A stretch of 64,000 nt of DNA from an uncultured Actinomycetes bacterium (GCA_963706025.1 CAVPLM010000003.1:736001-800000), one strand, 5' to 3'. Positions 50,328-59,494 are shown, counted from the stretch's first letter. A program made the numbers and translations. Notes: generated by a model from the sequence alone, not told the origin.

Positions 50328-51067
50328 GGATGGGTGGCTCCGGCCTCAGGCTGGATCTTCACAATCACACGGTCTTCTCCAGTGACGGCCTGCTGTCTCC
50401 GCGCGAGCTCCTGGTAGAGGCCGCCGCCCGGGGGATTTCGTGCATCGCGATCACCGATCACGACACCGTCGAGGGTGCTCTCAAAGCCGCCGGTCTTGCC
50501 GAAGCCGATCCCTTTTTGCCTCGGGTCATCCCCGGCCTGGAACTCTCCACCCGAGCCGGTGAGGTCATCGGTCTCTACATCAGGGAGGACATCCCTGCCC
50601 GCCTCCCCATAGACGAAGCCATCAAACGCATAAGGGGCCAGGGAGGGCTGGTGTACCTGCCCCACCCCTTCGACTGGCTGCGCCGTGGGGCTATCGAACC
50701 GCGCGAGCGGGAGAGGATCGCGGCGCAGTCCGACATCATCGAGGTCGTCAACGGTCGCTCGTTAGGCCCCTGGTGCTCGCGGAGGGCCTATCGTCTGGCG
50801 CGGCAGTTGGGCAAGCCGTACGGCGCGGGAAGCGACGCCCATCGGGCGGCAGAGGTGGGTCTCACATATATCGTGGTCGACGCCGTGCCCACCCGAGACA
50901 CCCTGTTGTCTCTATTGGAGCAGGGCAGAGTGGAAAACGGGCTCAACCCCAAGGAATACACCCTGAATTGGGGTTTCCAGAGCCTGTCCCCGTTTACGCG
51001 GGTCCGGCGCAGACTGACTGCTGCCCGTTCGTCGATTGGCGCCCGTTCCTCACCTCCCGGTCTCTGA
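50324..51067 (+). CDS. PHP-domain phosphoesterase
   Basis: DLHNHT.FS.DG, AITDHD, HPF, GSDAH. Confidence 0.9.
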   Translation: MRMGGSGLRLDLHNHTVFSSDGLLSPRELLVEAAARGISCIAITDHDTVEGALKAAGLAEADPFLPRVIPGLELSTRAGEVIGLYIREDIPARLPIDEAIKRIRGQGGLVYLPHPFDWLRRGAIEPRERERIAAQSDIIEVVNGRSLGPWCSRRAYRLARQLGKPYGAGSDAHRAAEVGLTYIVVDAVPTRDTLLSLLEQGRVENGLNPKEYTLNWGFQSLSPFTRVRRRLTAARSSIGARSSPPGL

Positions 51068-51104
51068 CCTTCAACCCGTTACCCAGTTCCCGCCCGTTCC
51101 CAGA

Positions 51105-51261
51105 CGGCCCTGGTCGAGCGATCTCGGGGGTGCTCCACGGCTGGAGTGAAGACCGGCGGTGAGGGTGTCTTGTTTGTCTCTTGCCATCCCGGGTATTACA
51201 GAGAGCAGAAGAAAACAGGGTAGACCCTCAGCCAGGACTGAGAGATCCGCTCATCGGGTCG
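51105..51261 (+). ncRNA. Putative structured RNA (leader or standalone) upstream of amrS
   Basis: Nested stems found by eye, with G-U pairs on the + strand; see findings. Confidence 0.5.
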
Positions 51262-51276
51262 AGGAGGGACCAACCG

Positions 51277-52314
51277 GTGGAAAGCCCTCAGGCGCCAGGT
51301 GTCACGCGGGCGGTGCTCTGGGAGGAGTGGCGCGGTGGTCCGCGGGTGCATTGCTTCCTTTGTGCCCATCACTGCCGTATCGCCCCGGGCGAAACGGGCC
51401 TCTGCGGGGTGCGCGAGAACCGGGAAGGCGTGCTCTACACCCTCGTATACGGCTGCCCGGTGTCCACGGCGGTCGACCCCATCGAGAAGAAACCCCTCTT
51501 TCATTTTCTGCCCGGTAGCCTGAGCTTCTCCCTGGCCACGGTGGGATGCAATTTCTCGTGCAGCTTCTGTCAGAATGCCGACGTCAGCCAGATGCCCCGC
51601 GACCAGGGCAGGATCGTCGGCCGGCCCCAGTCTCCCGAACAGGTCGTGGCTGCCGCCCAGGCGGCGGGCTGCCGGAGCATCTCGTACACGTATACGGAGC
51701 CGACGATTTTCTACGAGTATGCCCGCGACTGCGCCCGTCTGGCCACCGCCGCGGACCTCAAGAACGTGTTCGTCACCAACGGCTACATGACGGCCGAGAC
51801 CCTGGCCGACATAGACGGCGACCTGCACGCCGCCAACGTGGATCTCAAGTCTTTCTCGGACGAGTTCTACCGCTCCTTGGTGGGAGCGCGCTTGAAGCCG
51901 GTCCTCGACTCCATCCGCCGGATGTGGGCCATGGGGGTGTGGTTGGAGGTCACCACGCTCCTTATCCCCGGGCGCAACGACGGCGAGGAGGAGCTTCGCT
52001 CCATAGCCTCCTTTCTTGCTTCGATCTCTCCCGATATCCCGTGGCACGTCTCTCGTTTCTATCCCACCTATCGTCTGCTTGACGTGGCCCCCACTCCTCT
52101 CGAGTCGGTGGAGAGGGCCGTTCGCATCGGACGCGGTGAAGGACTTCACTATGTATATGGTGGCAACGTCCCGGGCCATTCATCTGAATCGACGGCATGT
52201 CCCGACTGCGGGGCATTGGTGATCGAACGCCGGGGTTTCGCGCTGCGTAGTAGTCTGGTCGGCGAGGGCCGCTGTCTCTCCTGCGGTCGACAGATCGCCG
52301 GATTGGACCGGTAA
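51277..52314 (+). CDS. amrS: AmmeMemoRadiSam radical SAM enzyme
   Basis: CxxCxHxC..G.CGVR.N, DPIEKKPL.HF.PG, GCNFSCSFCQN, YTYTEP, VTNGY; AGGAGG SD before GTG. Confidence 0.95.
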   Translation: MESPQAPGVTRAVLWEEWRGGPRVHCFLCAHHCRIAPGETGLCGVRENREGVLYTLVYGCPVSTAVDPIEKKPLFHFLPGSLSFSLATVGCNFSCSFCQNADVSQMPRDQGRIVGRPQSPEQVVAAAQAAGCRSISYTYTEPTIFYEYARDCARLATAADLKNVFVTNGYMTAETLADIDGDLHAANVDLKSFSDEFYRSLVGARLKPVLDSIRRMWAMGVWLEVTTLLIPGRNDGEEELRSIASFLASISPDIPWHVSRFYPTYRLLDVAPTPLESVERAVRIGRGEGLHYVYGGNVPGHSSESTACPDCGALVIERRGFALRSSLVGEGRCLSCGRQIAGLDR

Positions 52315-52322
52315 AGGGAGGT

Positions 52323-53186
52323 GTGAAGATGGCTCTTATCGGGTGTTTCGTTACGCCCCATCCGCCCATAATCGTGCCGGAGGTAGGGGGTGACAGCCTG
52401 GCGGAAGCGGACGCCACCGTGCGGGCGATGCGCACGGTGCGGGAGAAAGCGGCCTTGCTCGATCCCGAGACCATCGTCCTTATGTCTCCCCACAGCCCGC
52501 TGGCCCGAAGTCAGATGGGGGTGTCTCTCGCTTCCGCTTACAAGGGATCCTTGGCCTTCTTCCGGGCGCCGCACGTGCGCATCGAAGCGGCGGGCGACCA
52601 GGGCCTGGCGGAGGCCATCCTGGAAGAGGCTCTGGGTCATGGTGTCCCGGCGACGATCACCGCGTCGCACGGGGAAGTGGTCGACCTCGATCACGGAGCC
52701 ACGGTCCCGCTGTGGTATCTGATGGGTGCGTTGGCGAGACCCTGCGACTTGGTCGAGCTCGCCTTCTCCTATCTAAGCCTGGAAGAGCACGTGCGTTTCG
52801 GAGAGGCCGTCGGCCGGGCCATGATCGCCGCGCCTACGCGGGTCGTCTACGTGGCGAGCAGCGACCTCAGCCACCGGCTGCTTCCAGGAGCTCCGGCCGG
52901 TTACGATCCTCGCGGCGCCGAGTTCGACCGGGCGGTGGCGGACACCTTCGCGGCGGGAGACTGGGAAGCGCTCCTGTCCATCGATCCCGGGCTGGTGAGA
53001 GCGGCGGGAGAGTGCGGTTACCGGTCTCTGGCGACGCTCTCGGGGGTGGTCGGGGCGGTCGAGGCGGCCGGCGGCCATTTCCGCAACCATATGCTCTCGT
53101 ACGAGGGGCCCTTCGGGGTCGGCTACATGGTGGGAGAAGTGGAGATCACGGGGGAAACGCCGGCTGGGGAGGAGGGCGGCGGATGA
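52323..53186 (+). CDS. amrB: AmmeMemoRadiSam protein B (MEMO1/LigB fold)
   Basis: PHPPIIVPEVG, SPH, LDHG..VPL, ASSDLSH, GECG, SYEGPFGVGY. Confidence 0.9.
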   Translation: MKMALIGCFVTPHPPIIVPEVGGDSLAEADATVRAMRTVREKAALLDPETIVLMSPHSPLARSQMGVSLASAYKGSLAFFRAPHVRIEAAGDQGLAEAILEEALGHGVPATITASHGEVVDLDHGATVPLWYLMGALARPCDLVELAFSYLSLEEHVRFGEAVGRAMIAAPTRVVYVASSDLSHRLLPGAPAGYDPRGAEFDRAVADTFAAGDWEALLSIDPGLVRAAGECGYRSLATLSGVVGAVEAAGGHFRNHMLSYEGPFGVGYMVGEVEITGETPAGEEGGG

Positions 53187-53719
53187 GCGGGGAAGCGCAG
53201 GAGCAGGGCGACCCCCTGGTCAGACTGGCCCGCGATGCCATCGAAGCTTACGTGCGGGATCAAATCGTCCTTGAGCCGGTGGAGTCACTGGGATCGGAGC
53301 CCGAGCGAGCGGGCGTGTTCGTATCGCTGCACCGAGGCGACGGGTCCTTGCGGGGATGCATCGGCACGATACGGCCCACACGGGATAGCATCGGGGAAGA
53401 GATCGTCGGCAACGCCATAAGCGCCGCCACCAGGGATCCACGCTTCTATCCTCTTGAGGCGGATGAACTGGACGACCTGGATATCTCGGTGGACGTGCTG
53501 GGGCCGCCGGAAGCCGTTGGCGGCCTGGACGACCTCGATCCCAAGGAGTACGGCCTCATCGTGCAGACGGCCGACGGTCGGCAGGCGCTGCTGCTGCCCG
53601 ACCTCGAAGGTGTGGAGACGCCCGAGCAGCAATTGAGCATCACTTGCCGCAAGGGAGGCATCGACCCCAGCCAAGATCAGTACCGTCTCTCCCGGTTCCG
53701 TGTGGAGCGTCATCATTAA
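53183..53719 (+). CDS. amrA: AmmeMemoRadiSam protein A (AMMECR1 domain)
   Basis: GVFVSL, LRGCIGT, AA..DPRF, ISVDVL, LLLPDLEGV. Confidence 0.93.
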   Translation: MSGEAQEQGDPLVRLARDAIEAYVRDQIVLEPVESLGSEPERAGVFVSLHRGDGSLRGCIGTIRPTRDSIGEEIVGNAISAATRDPRFYPLEADELDDLDISVDVLGPPEAVGGLDDLDPKEYGLIVQTADGRQALLLPDLEGVETPEQQLSITCRKGGIDPSQDQYRLSRFRVERHH

Positions 53720-53805
53720 CGACACCGCGGATATGTCGAAGGGCCCTCTTGCCGGCCTCGGAGTCTTTTCAGTGGCCGTGTCCTGCGGTATCATCGAACT
53801 TACTT

Positions 53806-54345
53806 ATGGCTGCCATGAATAACAGAGGAATCCCCGTGCAGAGCAGTGGATCGGGCGCTGTGGTGGTCGGCCCCCGGTTTCGTCGCCGCAAGTACCGTCG
53901 TTTCACCACCGGGCACCTGATGTGGAGTGGACTTCTCCGCGTGATCCAACGGATCACGCGCTACAAGCGCAGCGACAAGCTCGAGTTCAAGATCAGCTTC
54001 TCCGTCCCCGACCTGCTGAGTGACAAGGGCAAGGCGGTCAAGGATCAGGTGGAGGCCTTGGTGCAAGCCGTGCAGAAGGCAGGGTCCTATCAGGCCAGGG
54101 AAGAGGCTACCAGGGCCGTGCATGCGGTCATGGACGTGCTCAAGGACAGGCTCCCACCCGACGTGCTGCTCAAGCTCAGTGAGTCGATGCCGGTCAGAGA
54201 GGCGGCTCGTTTGCGCCACGCGGCCGCGCAACGTCTGCAGAAGGGCGAGAACGGCGGCGGCGAAGCCGACGACAGCGCTGTCGTCGTGGGCGGGGAAGAC
54301 AAAGTCGCTGTTGGCATAGGCGAGGACGGCTCCCCTACCCTTTGA
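53806..54345 (+). CDS. Hypothetical protein with a DUF2267-like C-terminal region (alternative start GTG 53836)
   Basis: V...G....EEA.RAV.AV..VL.DRL pattern; typical codon usage. Confidence 0.55.
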   Translation: MAAMNNRGIPVQSSGSGAVVVGPRFRRRKYRRFTTGHLMWSGLLRVIQRITRYKRSDKLEFKISFSVPDLLSDKGKAVKDQVEALVQAVQKAGSYQAREEATRAVHAVMDVLKDRLPPDVLLKLSESMPVREAARLRHAAAQRLQKGENGGGEADDSAVVVGGEDKVAVGIGEDGSPTL

Positions 54346-55780
54346 CCACCCCGAGCGGCCGGAGTCGGGCCACCCGGGGGGAGATCCCAGCCCGGTCCAT
54401 CACCGCCACCACGCGCTCCACATCCTTGTAGGCTTCGGGCATCTCCTCGCCCAGGGTCTTCGGTCCCTGCGAACGCACGAATACTCCGGCTTTCGCCAGT
54501 TCTCCAGCTATGGTCCTGCCCTTGGCTCGCTTCAGGGCCTGGGCTCTGCTCATCACCCGGCCCGCCCCGTGGCACGTGGAGCCGAAGGTCCGTCTCATGG
54601 CCTCTTCGGTCCCTTTGCAGACAAACGAAGCCGTGCCCATATCCCCGGGGATGAGCACAGGCTGTCCCACCGCTCTGTAATCGGGCGGTACTTCGGCCCG
54701 GCCCGGCCCGAATGCGCGGGTAGCCCCCTTCCGGTGCACACAGGTCTCCAACAGGACCCCGGCGACCTCGTGCGTCTCCAGCTTGGCGATGTTGTGCGCC
54801 ACGTCGTAGACCAGGCGCAAGTCGAGTTCCTTGGGGGAGATGCGCAGCGCGTGCAGGAGGGCCTGCTCGGTGAGGTGCATTATCATCTGGCGGTTGGCCC
54901 AGGCGTAGTTGGCCGCACAAGCCATGGCCGCGAGGTATCGACGCCCCTCCGGGGAATCCACCGGCGCGCATGACAGCTGGCGATCGGGAAGCTCGAGGTG
55001 ATACCGAGAGGTGGCGGCCGCCATCACACCAAGGTAGTCCTCACACACCTGGTACCCAAGACCGCGAGACCCGCAGTGCACCATGACGGTCATCTGTCCT
55101 TGGCGCAGGCCATAGGCCTGCGCGGCTTCGCGGTCGAAGACCTCGTCCACCACCTGGATCTCCAGGAAGTGGTTGCCCGAGCCCAACGTACCCACCTGGT
55201 CCTGCCCGCGGGCATAAGCGCGCTCGCTGACTGCAGCAGGGTCGGCGCCCGGCAACGCGCCGCGGTCCTCGGTGTGCTCCAGGTCGTCGGGGGAGCCGTA
55301 GCCCCGCTCCACGGCCCAAGCGGCTCCTTTGACCAGCACTCGCTCCAGTTCCGAACGCGGCAGCTTGGCGATGGCCCCACTGGAGCCCACCCCCGAAGGC
55401 ACATCCCGGAAAAGCTGGTCGACCATTCGCGGCACCTTCTCGCGTATGTCGGCCGCCTCCAATCCGGTCGCCAAGAGTCTGCAGCCACAGTTGACGTCGT
55501 ATCCCACCCCACCGGGCGACACCACTCCGCCATCGACGGCGAAGGCGGCCACTCCGCCGATGGGGAAGCCATAGCCGTAGTGGATGTCGGGCATGGCCAG
55601 CGAGAAACACAGGATGCCGGGAAGATGGGCCACATTGCCCACCTGCACGAGACTCTGATCCTCCGCTAACGCCGCCACCAACTCGCGATCGGCGTAGATG
55701 CGGCCGGGCACGCGCATACCGCCGGTCACCGGCAACTCCCAGACCACGTCGTCCACTTGTCGCAGTGACGGTGCTTTCAT
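54335..55780 (-). CDS. rtcB: RNA ligase RtcB
   Basis: MPDIH.GYGFPIGGV, GYD.NCG, GTLGSGNHF, HCGSRG, HN.AK, HRKGAT, PG.MG, HGAGR, EEMP.AYK. Confidence 0.98.
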   Translation of the reverse strand: MKAPSLRQVDDVVWELPVTGGMRVPGRIYADRELVAALAEDQSLVQVGNVAHLPGILCFSLAMPDIHYGYGFPIGGVAAFAVDGGVVSPGGVGYDVNCGCRLLATGLEAADIREKVPRMVDQLFRDVPSGVGSSGAIAKLPRSELERVLVKGAAWAVERGYGSPDDLEHTEDRGALPGADPAAVSERAYARGQDQVGTLGSGNHFLEIQVVDEVFDREAAQAYGLRQGQMTVMVHCGSRGLGYQVCEDYLGVMAAATSRYHLELPDRQLSCAPVDSPEGRRYLAAMACAANYAWANRQMIMHLTEQALLHALRISPKELDLRLVYDVAHNIAKLETHEVAGVLLETCVHRKGATRAFGPGRAEVPPDYRAVGQPVLIPGDMGTASFVCKGTEEAMRRTFGSTCHGAGRVMSRAQALKRAKGRTIAGELAKAGVFVRSQGPKTLGEEMPEAYKDVERVVAVMDRAGISPRVARLRPLGVVKG

Positions 55781-55798
55781 CTCTGATCCCCTCGCCCC

Positions 55799-56419
55799 TC
55801 ACACGTCGAACAACACGGTGGCCCGGTAGGCTCCGTCGGGCATAAGGTCCAAAGCCAACCGGTGATAGGTCACCGCTTTGATCTCGGCGGTGAGGGTGTG
55901 ACGGTCTCCGGCGGCTTTGTCCCCCCACAACCGGGCCACGACCTTCACGCCGCCTGGTTCCGGACGGGCCTCTCCCGCCGGGAGTCCCGCCCCCTCAGGG
56001 GGTATGGCGGTCTCGACGGCGACCTGGGCGCCTACGGCCACGAAACCCTCCGTCTCGAACCGGTACAACGCCTCGTTCAGAAGCGCGCGCAGAGCGTCCG
56101 GTGGCGATGTCCCCGATGCGGTGATCACCATCTCCCGGCTTGCTCCGAATCCACCCAGCTCCGCTACCTGGTCGTAAAAGGCGAAGAGGGCGTTCTCGAA
56201 GAGCGTGGCAAGATCCCGGCCCGTGATCTCCAGTAACAGATCGGCGGGGTGCTCCAGCTCCCGGTAGACGCCCTCCCGGTCTCGCGACGCCCAGGTCGGC
56301 GACACCTCAGCCTTCGGCGCCCGACTCCCCGGCGCCCCAGCCTGCGGCGCCCCACTCTGCGGCGCCCGACTCTGCGGCGCCCGACTCTGCGGCGCCCGAC
56401 TATCTGCCTTGTTCACCAT
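55799..56419 (-). CDS. Archease (RtcB cofactor) with a repeat-containing N-terminal extension
   Basis: EH.ADL, LFENA, EIKAVTYH, C-terminal FDV; directly upstream of rtcB. Confidence 0.92.
   Translation of the reverse strand: MVNKADSRAPQSRAPQSRAPQSGAPQAGAPGSRAPKAEVSPTWASRDREGVYRELEHPADLLLEITGRDLATLFENALFAFYDQVAELGGFGASREMVITASGTSPPDALRALLNEALYRFETEGFVAVGAQVAVETAIPPEGAGLPAGEARPEPGGVKVVARLWGDKAAGDRHTLTAEIKAVTYHRLALDLMPDGAYRATVLFDV
56315..56401 (-). repeat. About six 15-bp tandem repeats encoding SRAPQ-like units
   Basis: CGGCGCCCGACTCTG consensus with unit starts at 56315, 56330, 56345, 56360, 56375, 56390. Confidence 0.88.
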
Positions 56420-58973
56420 CTTTTCCGGCTCCGACCGGCTTCGGCCGAGCCTTTCTCGCGCTCGGCCGGTCATCGCTCGAGGGTTGTTGGGCGTTGGTCT
56501 TCGCGCTCATGGTCGTGCGCGGGCGGCGCGGCTTCTTCGGGGAGGCGAGGATCTGGTCAAGGACGGCACCCACATGGTCCACGTAAACGAACTCCAGACC
56601 CTGAAGCAGGTCATCGCCTCGGATCTCGCTCACGTCGGCTTCGTTGCGGTCCGGCAGAAACACGCGGGTGATCCCGGCCGCCCGGGCGGCCAGCACTTTT
56701 TCTTTGATGCCGCCGACCGGCAGCACCTGTCCGGTGAGGGTCACCTCGCCGGTCATGGCCACGCTGGAGTCGACCACCCGGCCGGACACCATGCTGGCGA
56801 GAGCGACGGCCATCGCTACGCCGGCCGAGGGGCCGTCCTTGGGCACGGCACCCGCGGGCACGTGCACGTGGATGTCGTGTTTTTGGAAGAACTTGCCGTC
56901 GATCCCGAGGCGCTCGGATACACTGCGCACGAAAGTCAGCGCAGCCTGGGCCGACTCCTTCATCACGTCTCCCAGTTGTCCGGTGAGGATCAGCCGCCCC
57001 GTGCCCGGCATCGCCCGGGCCTCGATGAACAGGATGTCGCCTCCCGTCGGAGTCCAGGCCAGCCCGGTCGAGACTCCAGGATCGGCCGTGCGGCGCTTGG
57101 TCTCGCGAAAGACCTTCTGCTTGCCCAGGAAGTCGGCCACCTGGTCACGATCGACGGTCAGGTTCTCTTTCCCCTCTTCGGCCACCATGCGGGCGAACTT
57201 GCGGGCGATGGTACCGATCTGCCGCTCCAATCCGCGTACGCCCGCCTCCCGGGTGTAGTTCTCGATCACCGTGCGCAGGGCATCGTCGGTCACGCCCAGC
57301 TGGTCTTCCCTCAGGCCGTTCCTCTCCAGCTGCCGGGGCACCAGGTACCGGCGGGCTATGTGGAGCTTGTCCCCTTCCGTGTAGCCGGCGATGGAGATGA
57401 TCTCCATGCGATCGCGCAAAGGGCCGGGGATCGTGTCGAGCATGTTGGCCGTGCAGATGAACATGACCCTTGAGAGGTCGAACGGCAGATCGAGGTAGTG
57501 ATCGCGGAAGGTGCCGTTCTGTTCCGGATCGAGCACTTCCAGCATGGCGCTGGAGGGATCGCCCCGCCAGTCGGAGCCCATCTTGTCGATCTCGTCGATC
57601 ATGAACACCGGGTTGCCGCTGGCGGCGTCGCGGATGGCGCGGATGATGGTGCCGGGCATGGCGCCGACGTAGGTGCGCCGGTGGCCGCGTATCTCGGACT
57701 CGTCGCGTACCCCGCCCACGCTTATGCGGATGAACTTCCGGCCCATGGCCCGGGCGATGCTCTTGCCCAGGCTGGTCTTGCCCACTCCAGGTGGACCGGC
57801 GAAGCACAGGATCGGCCCCGACACCTCGCTCTTGAGTTTCTGCACCGCCAGGAACTCGAGGATACGGTCCTTGACGTCTTCCAGATCGTAATGATCGTCG
57901 TCGAGCACCTTGCGGGCGTGCGCGATGTCCAGGTCGTCCTCGGTGACCACCGACCAGGGCAGTGACACGATCCAATCGAGGTAGGTGCGTATGACCCCAT
58001 ACTCGGCCGCGGCCGGAGGCAGCTTCGACAGCCGGTCCAACTCCCGCCTGGCCTGTTTTTCCACCTCCTCGGGGAGGCCGGCCTTTTCGATACGCTCCCG
58101 CAACTCATTGACCTCGGCCTGGGTCTCATCGGACTCGCCCAGCTCTTCTTGGATAGCCTTGAGCTGTTGCCGCAGGACGTACTCGCGCTGAGATTTGTCC
58201 ATCTCCGACTGGACCTGGTCCTGGATCTTCGAACCCAGTTCCAGGACCTCCAACTCTCGATTCATGAGCGCGGTCAGACGGCGCAGGCGCTTGGAGACGT
58301 CCACTTCCTCCAGAAGCTCCTGCTTCTCCTCGGTCTTGAGGCGCATGGTCGAAGCGATGAAATAGCCCAGGGCGGCCGGTTCGTCGATGTTGGCTGCCGC
58401 CATCTCCAGCTCGTCCGGCAGGTAAGGGACCAACTGTATGATCCTGGTGTAGACCGAGACCAGGTTTCGCTGCAAGGCCTCCAGCTCGGTGCCCTCCTCG
58501 ACGACGTCGGGAAGATCGTGTACGTGGGCGGTGAGGTACGGCTCTTCCGACGTGAAGCCGTCGATCTCGATCCGGCGGATGCCTTGAGCGATGATGCGGA
58601 GCGTCCCGTCGGGAGCCTTGATCATCTTCTGGATGCTGGCAAGAACCCCGACCGTGTGCACGTCCTCCGGGCCCGGGGTCTCGATCTCAGGATCCCTGGA
58701 TGCCAACAGGCCCACTTGTTTGTCTCCCCGTAGGATGTCGTCGATAAGACGCACGGAACGGGGCTGGCCGACGGCCAGGGGCATCATGGTGTCGGGGAAG
58801 ACCACCGTGTCCTTGAGCGGCAGGATGGGCAGACTGGTCGGGCTGGGGGCAAGGCCGTTGTCGGTCGGCTCCTGGGAGACGATGACGAAATCCTGGCCGG
58901 CGGCCTCCAGGGGACCATCGAGGTCGGGAAGCGGTTCCTTGATAGATCTCTTGCGCGTCTCTCTGGCGGTCAT
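56400..58973 (-). CDS. lon: ATP-dependent protease La
   Basis: LPILPL...VVFP, GPPGVGKTS, DEIDK, PKDGPSAG, GGIKEK. Confidence 0.98.
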   Translation of the reverse strand: MTARETRKRSIKEPLPDLDGPLEAAGQDFVIVSQEPTDNGLAPSPTSLPILPLKDTVVFPDTMMPLAVGQPRSVRLIDDILRGDKQVGLLASRDPEIETPGPEDVHTVGVLASIQKMIKAPDGTLRIIAQGIRRIEIDGFTSEEPYLTAHVHDLPDVVEEGTELEALQRNLVSVYTRIIQLVPYLPDELEMAAANIDEPAALGYFIASTMRLKTEEKQELLEEVDVSKRLRRLTALMNRELEVLELGSKIQDQVQSEMDKSQREYVLRQQLKAIQEELGESDETQAEVNELRERIEKAGLPEEVEKQARRELDRLSKLPPAAAEYGVIRTYLDWIVSLPWSVVTEDDLDIAHARKVLDDDHYDLEDVKDRILEFLAVQKLKSEVSGPILCFAGPPGVGKTSLGKSIARAMGRKFIRISVGGVRDESEIRGHRRTYVGAMPGTIIRAIRDAASGNPVFMIDEIDKMGSDWRGDPSSAMLEVLDPEQNGTFRDHYLDLPFDLSRVMFICTANMLDTIPGPLRDRMEIISIAGYTEGDKLHIARRYLVPRQLERNGLREDQLGVTDDALRTVIENYTREAGVRGLERQIGTIARKFARMVAEEGKENLTVDRDQVADFLGKQKVFRETKRRTADPGVSTGLAWTPTGGDILFIEARAMPGTGRLILTGQLGDVMKESAQAALTFVRSVSERLGIDGKFFQKHDIHVHVPAGAVPKDGPSAGVAMAVALASMVSGRVVDSSVAMTGEVTLTGQVLPVGGIKEKVLAARAAGITRVFLPDRNEADVSEIRGDDLLQGLEFVYVDHVGAVLDQILASPKKPRRPRTTMSAKTNAQQPSSDDRPSARKARPKPVGAGKDGEQGR

Positions 58974-59437
58974 CGCTCCTGCCCGCCTTCTTCCTTCGTG
59001 TTGATGCTGATCCGCTTACCGGCCGACCGCGGGCTCATGGGGAGGATGATCGTAAGAAAGCCGGCGGCATAGCCGGCCGACGCCTTGCCGGCATCGACCC
59101 CGGGGGGCAGCATGATCGCACGCTCAAAACGGCCGTATACAATCTCCATCTGTTGGTACACCGCCTCGGGGTGCCGCTCGTCGGAGCGCGTGCCGCTCAC
59201 CCGCAGGACATTGTCGTTGACTTCCAGGTCGATCGCGTCCGGGTCGATGCCGGGCAGTTCCAGCCTGACCACGACCGCTCTCTCGCTCTTGTCGAAGTAG
59301 ACATCGGCGCTGGGACGGAAGGCGGCCTTGCCATATCGGGGCACCCGTTCTCCCCGGAGCAAGTCGAGGAACATCTTGTCGACCTCGCTCTGGAGCCGCC
59401 CGAAGCGGGCAGGATCGTCCTTGCGTTTCGGTTCCAC
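58970..59437 (-). CDS. Hsp20/alpha-crystallin small heat-shock protein
   Basis: P.ADV, ELPGID, L.VSG.R, YGRFER.I.LP, A.Y..GFL.I.LP, I-x-I tail; stop overlaps the lon start. Confidence 0.92.
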   Translation of the reverse strand: MEPKRKDDPARFGRLQSEVDKMFLDLLRGERVPRYGKAAFRPSADVYFDKSERAVVVRLELPGIDPDAIDLEVNDNVLRVSGTRSDERHPEAVYQQMEIVYGRFERAIMLPPGVDAGKASAGYAAGFLTIILPMSPRSAGKRISINTKEEGGQER

Positions 59438-59494
59438 GGCGTGACCTCATCTCGATGAGTTTGTCTTTCTACAGAGTATTGCCGCAAAGTGCTC

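Noticed and set aside
51121-51261. Canonical FMN, SAM-I, glycine or TPP riboswitch call for the amrS leader
   Set aside because: Each matches only short strings and lacks its ligand-binding core; retained as an unassigned structured RNA
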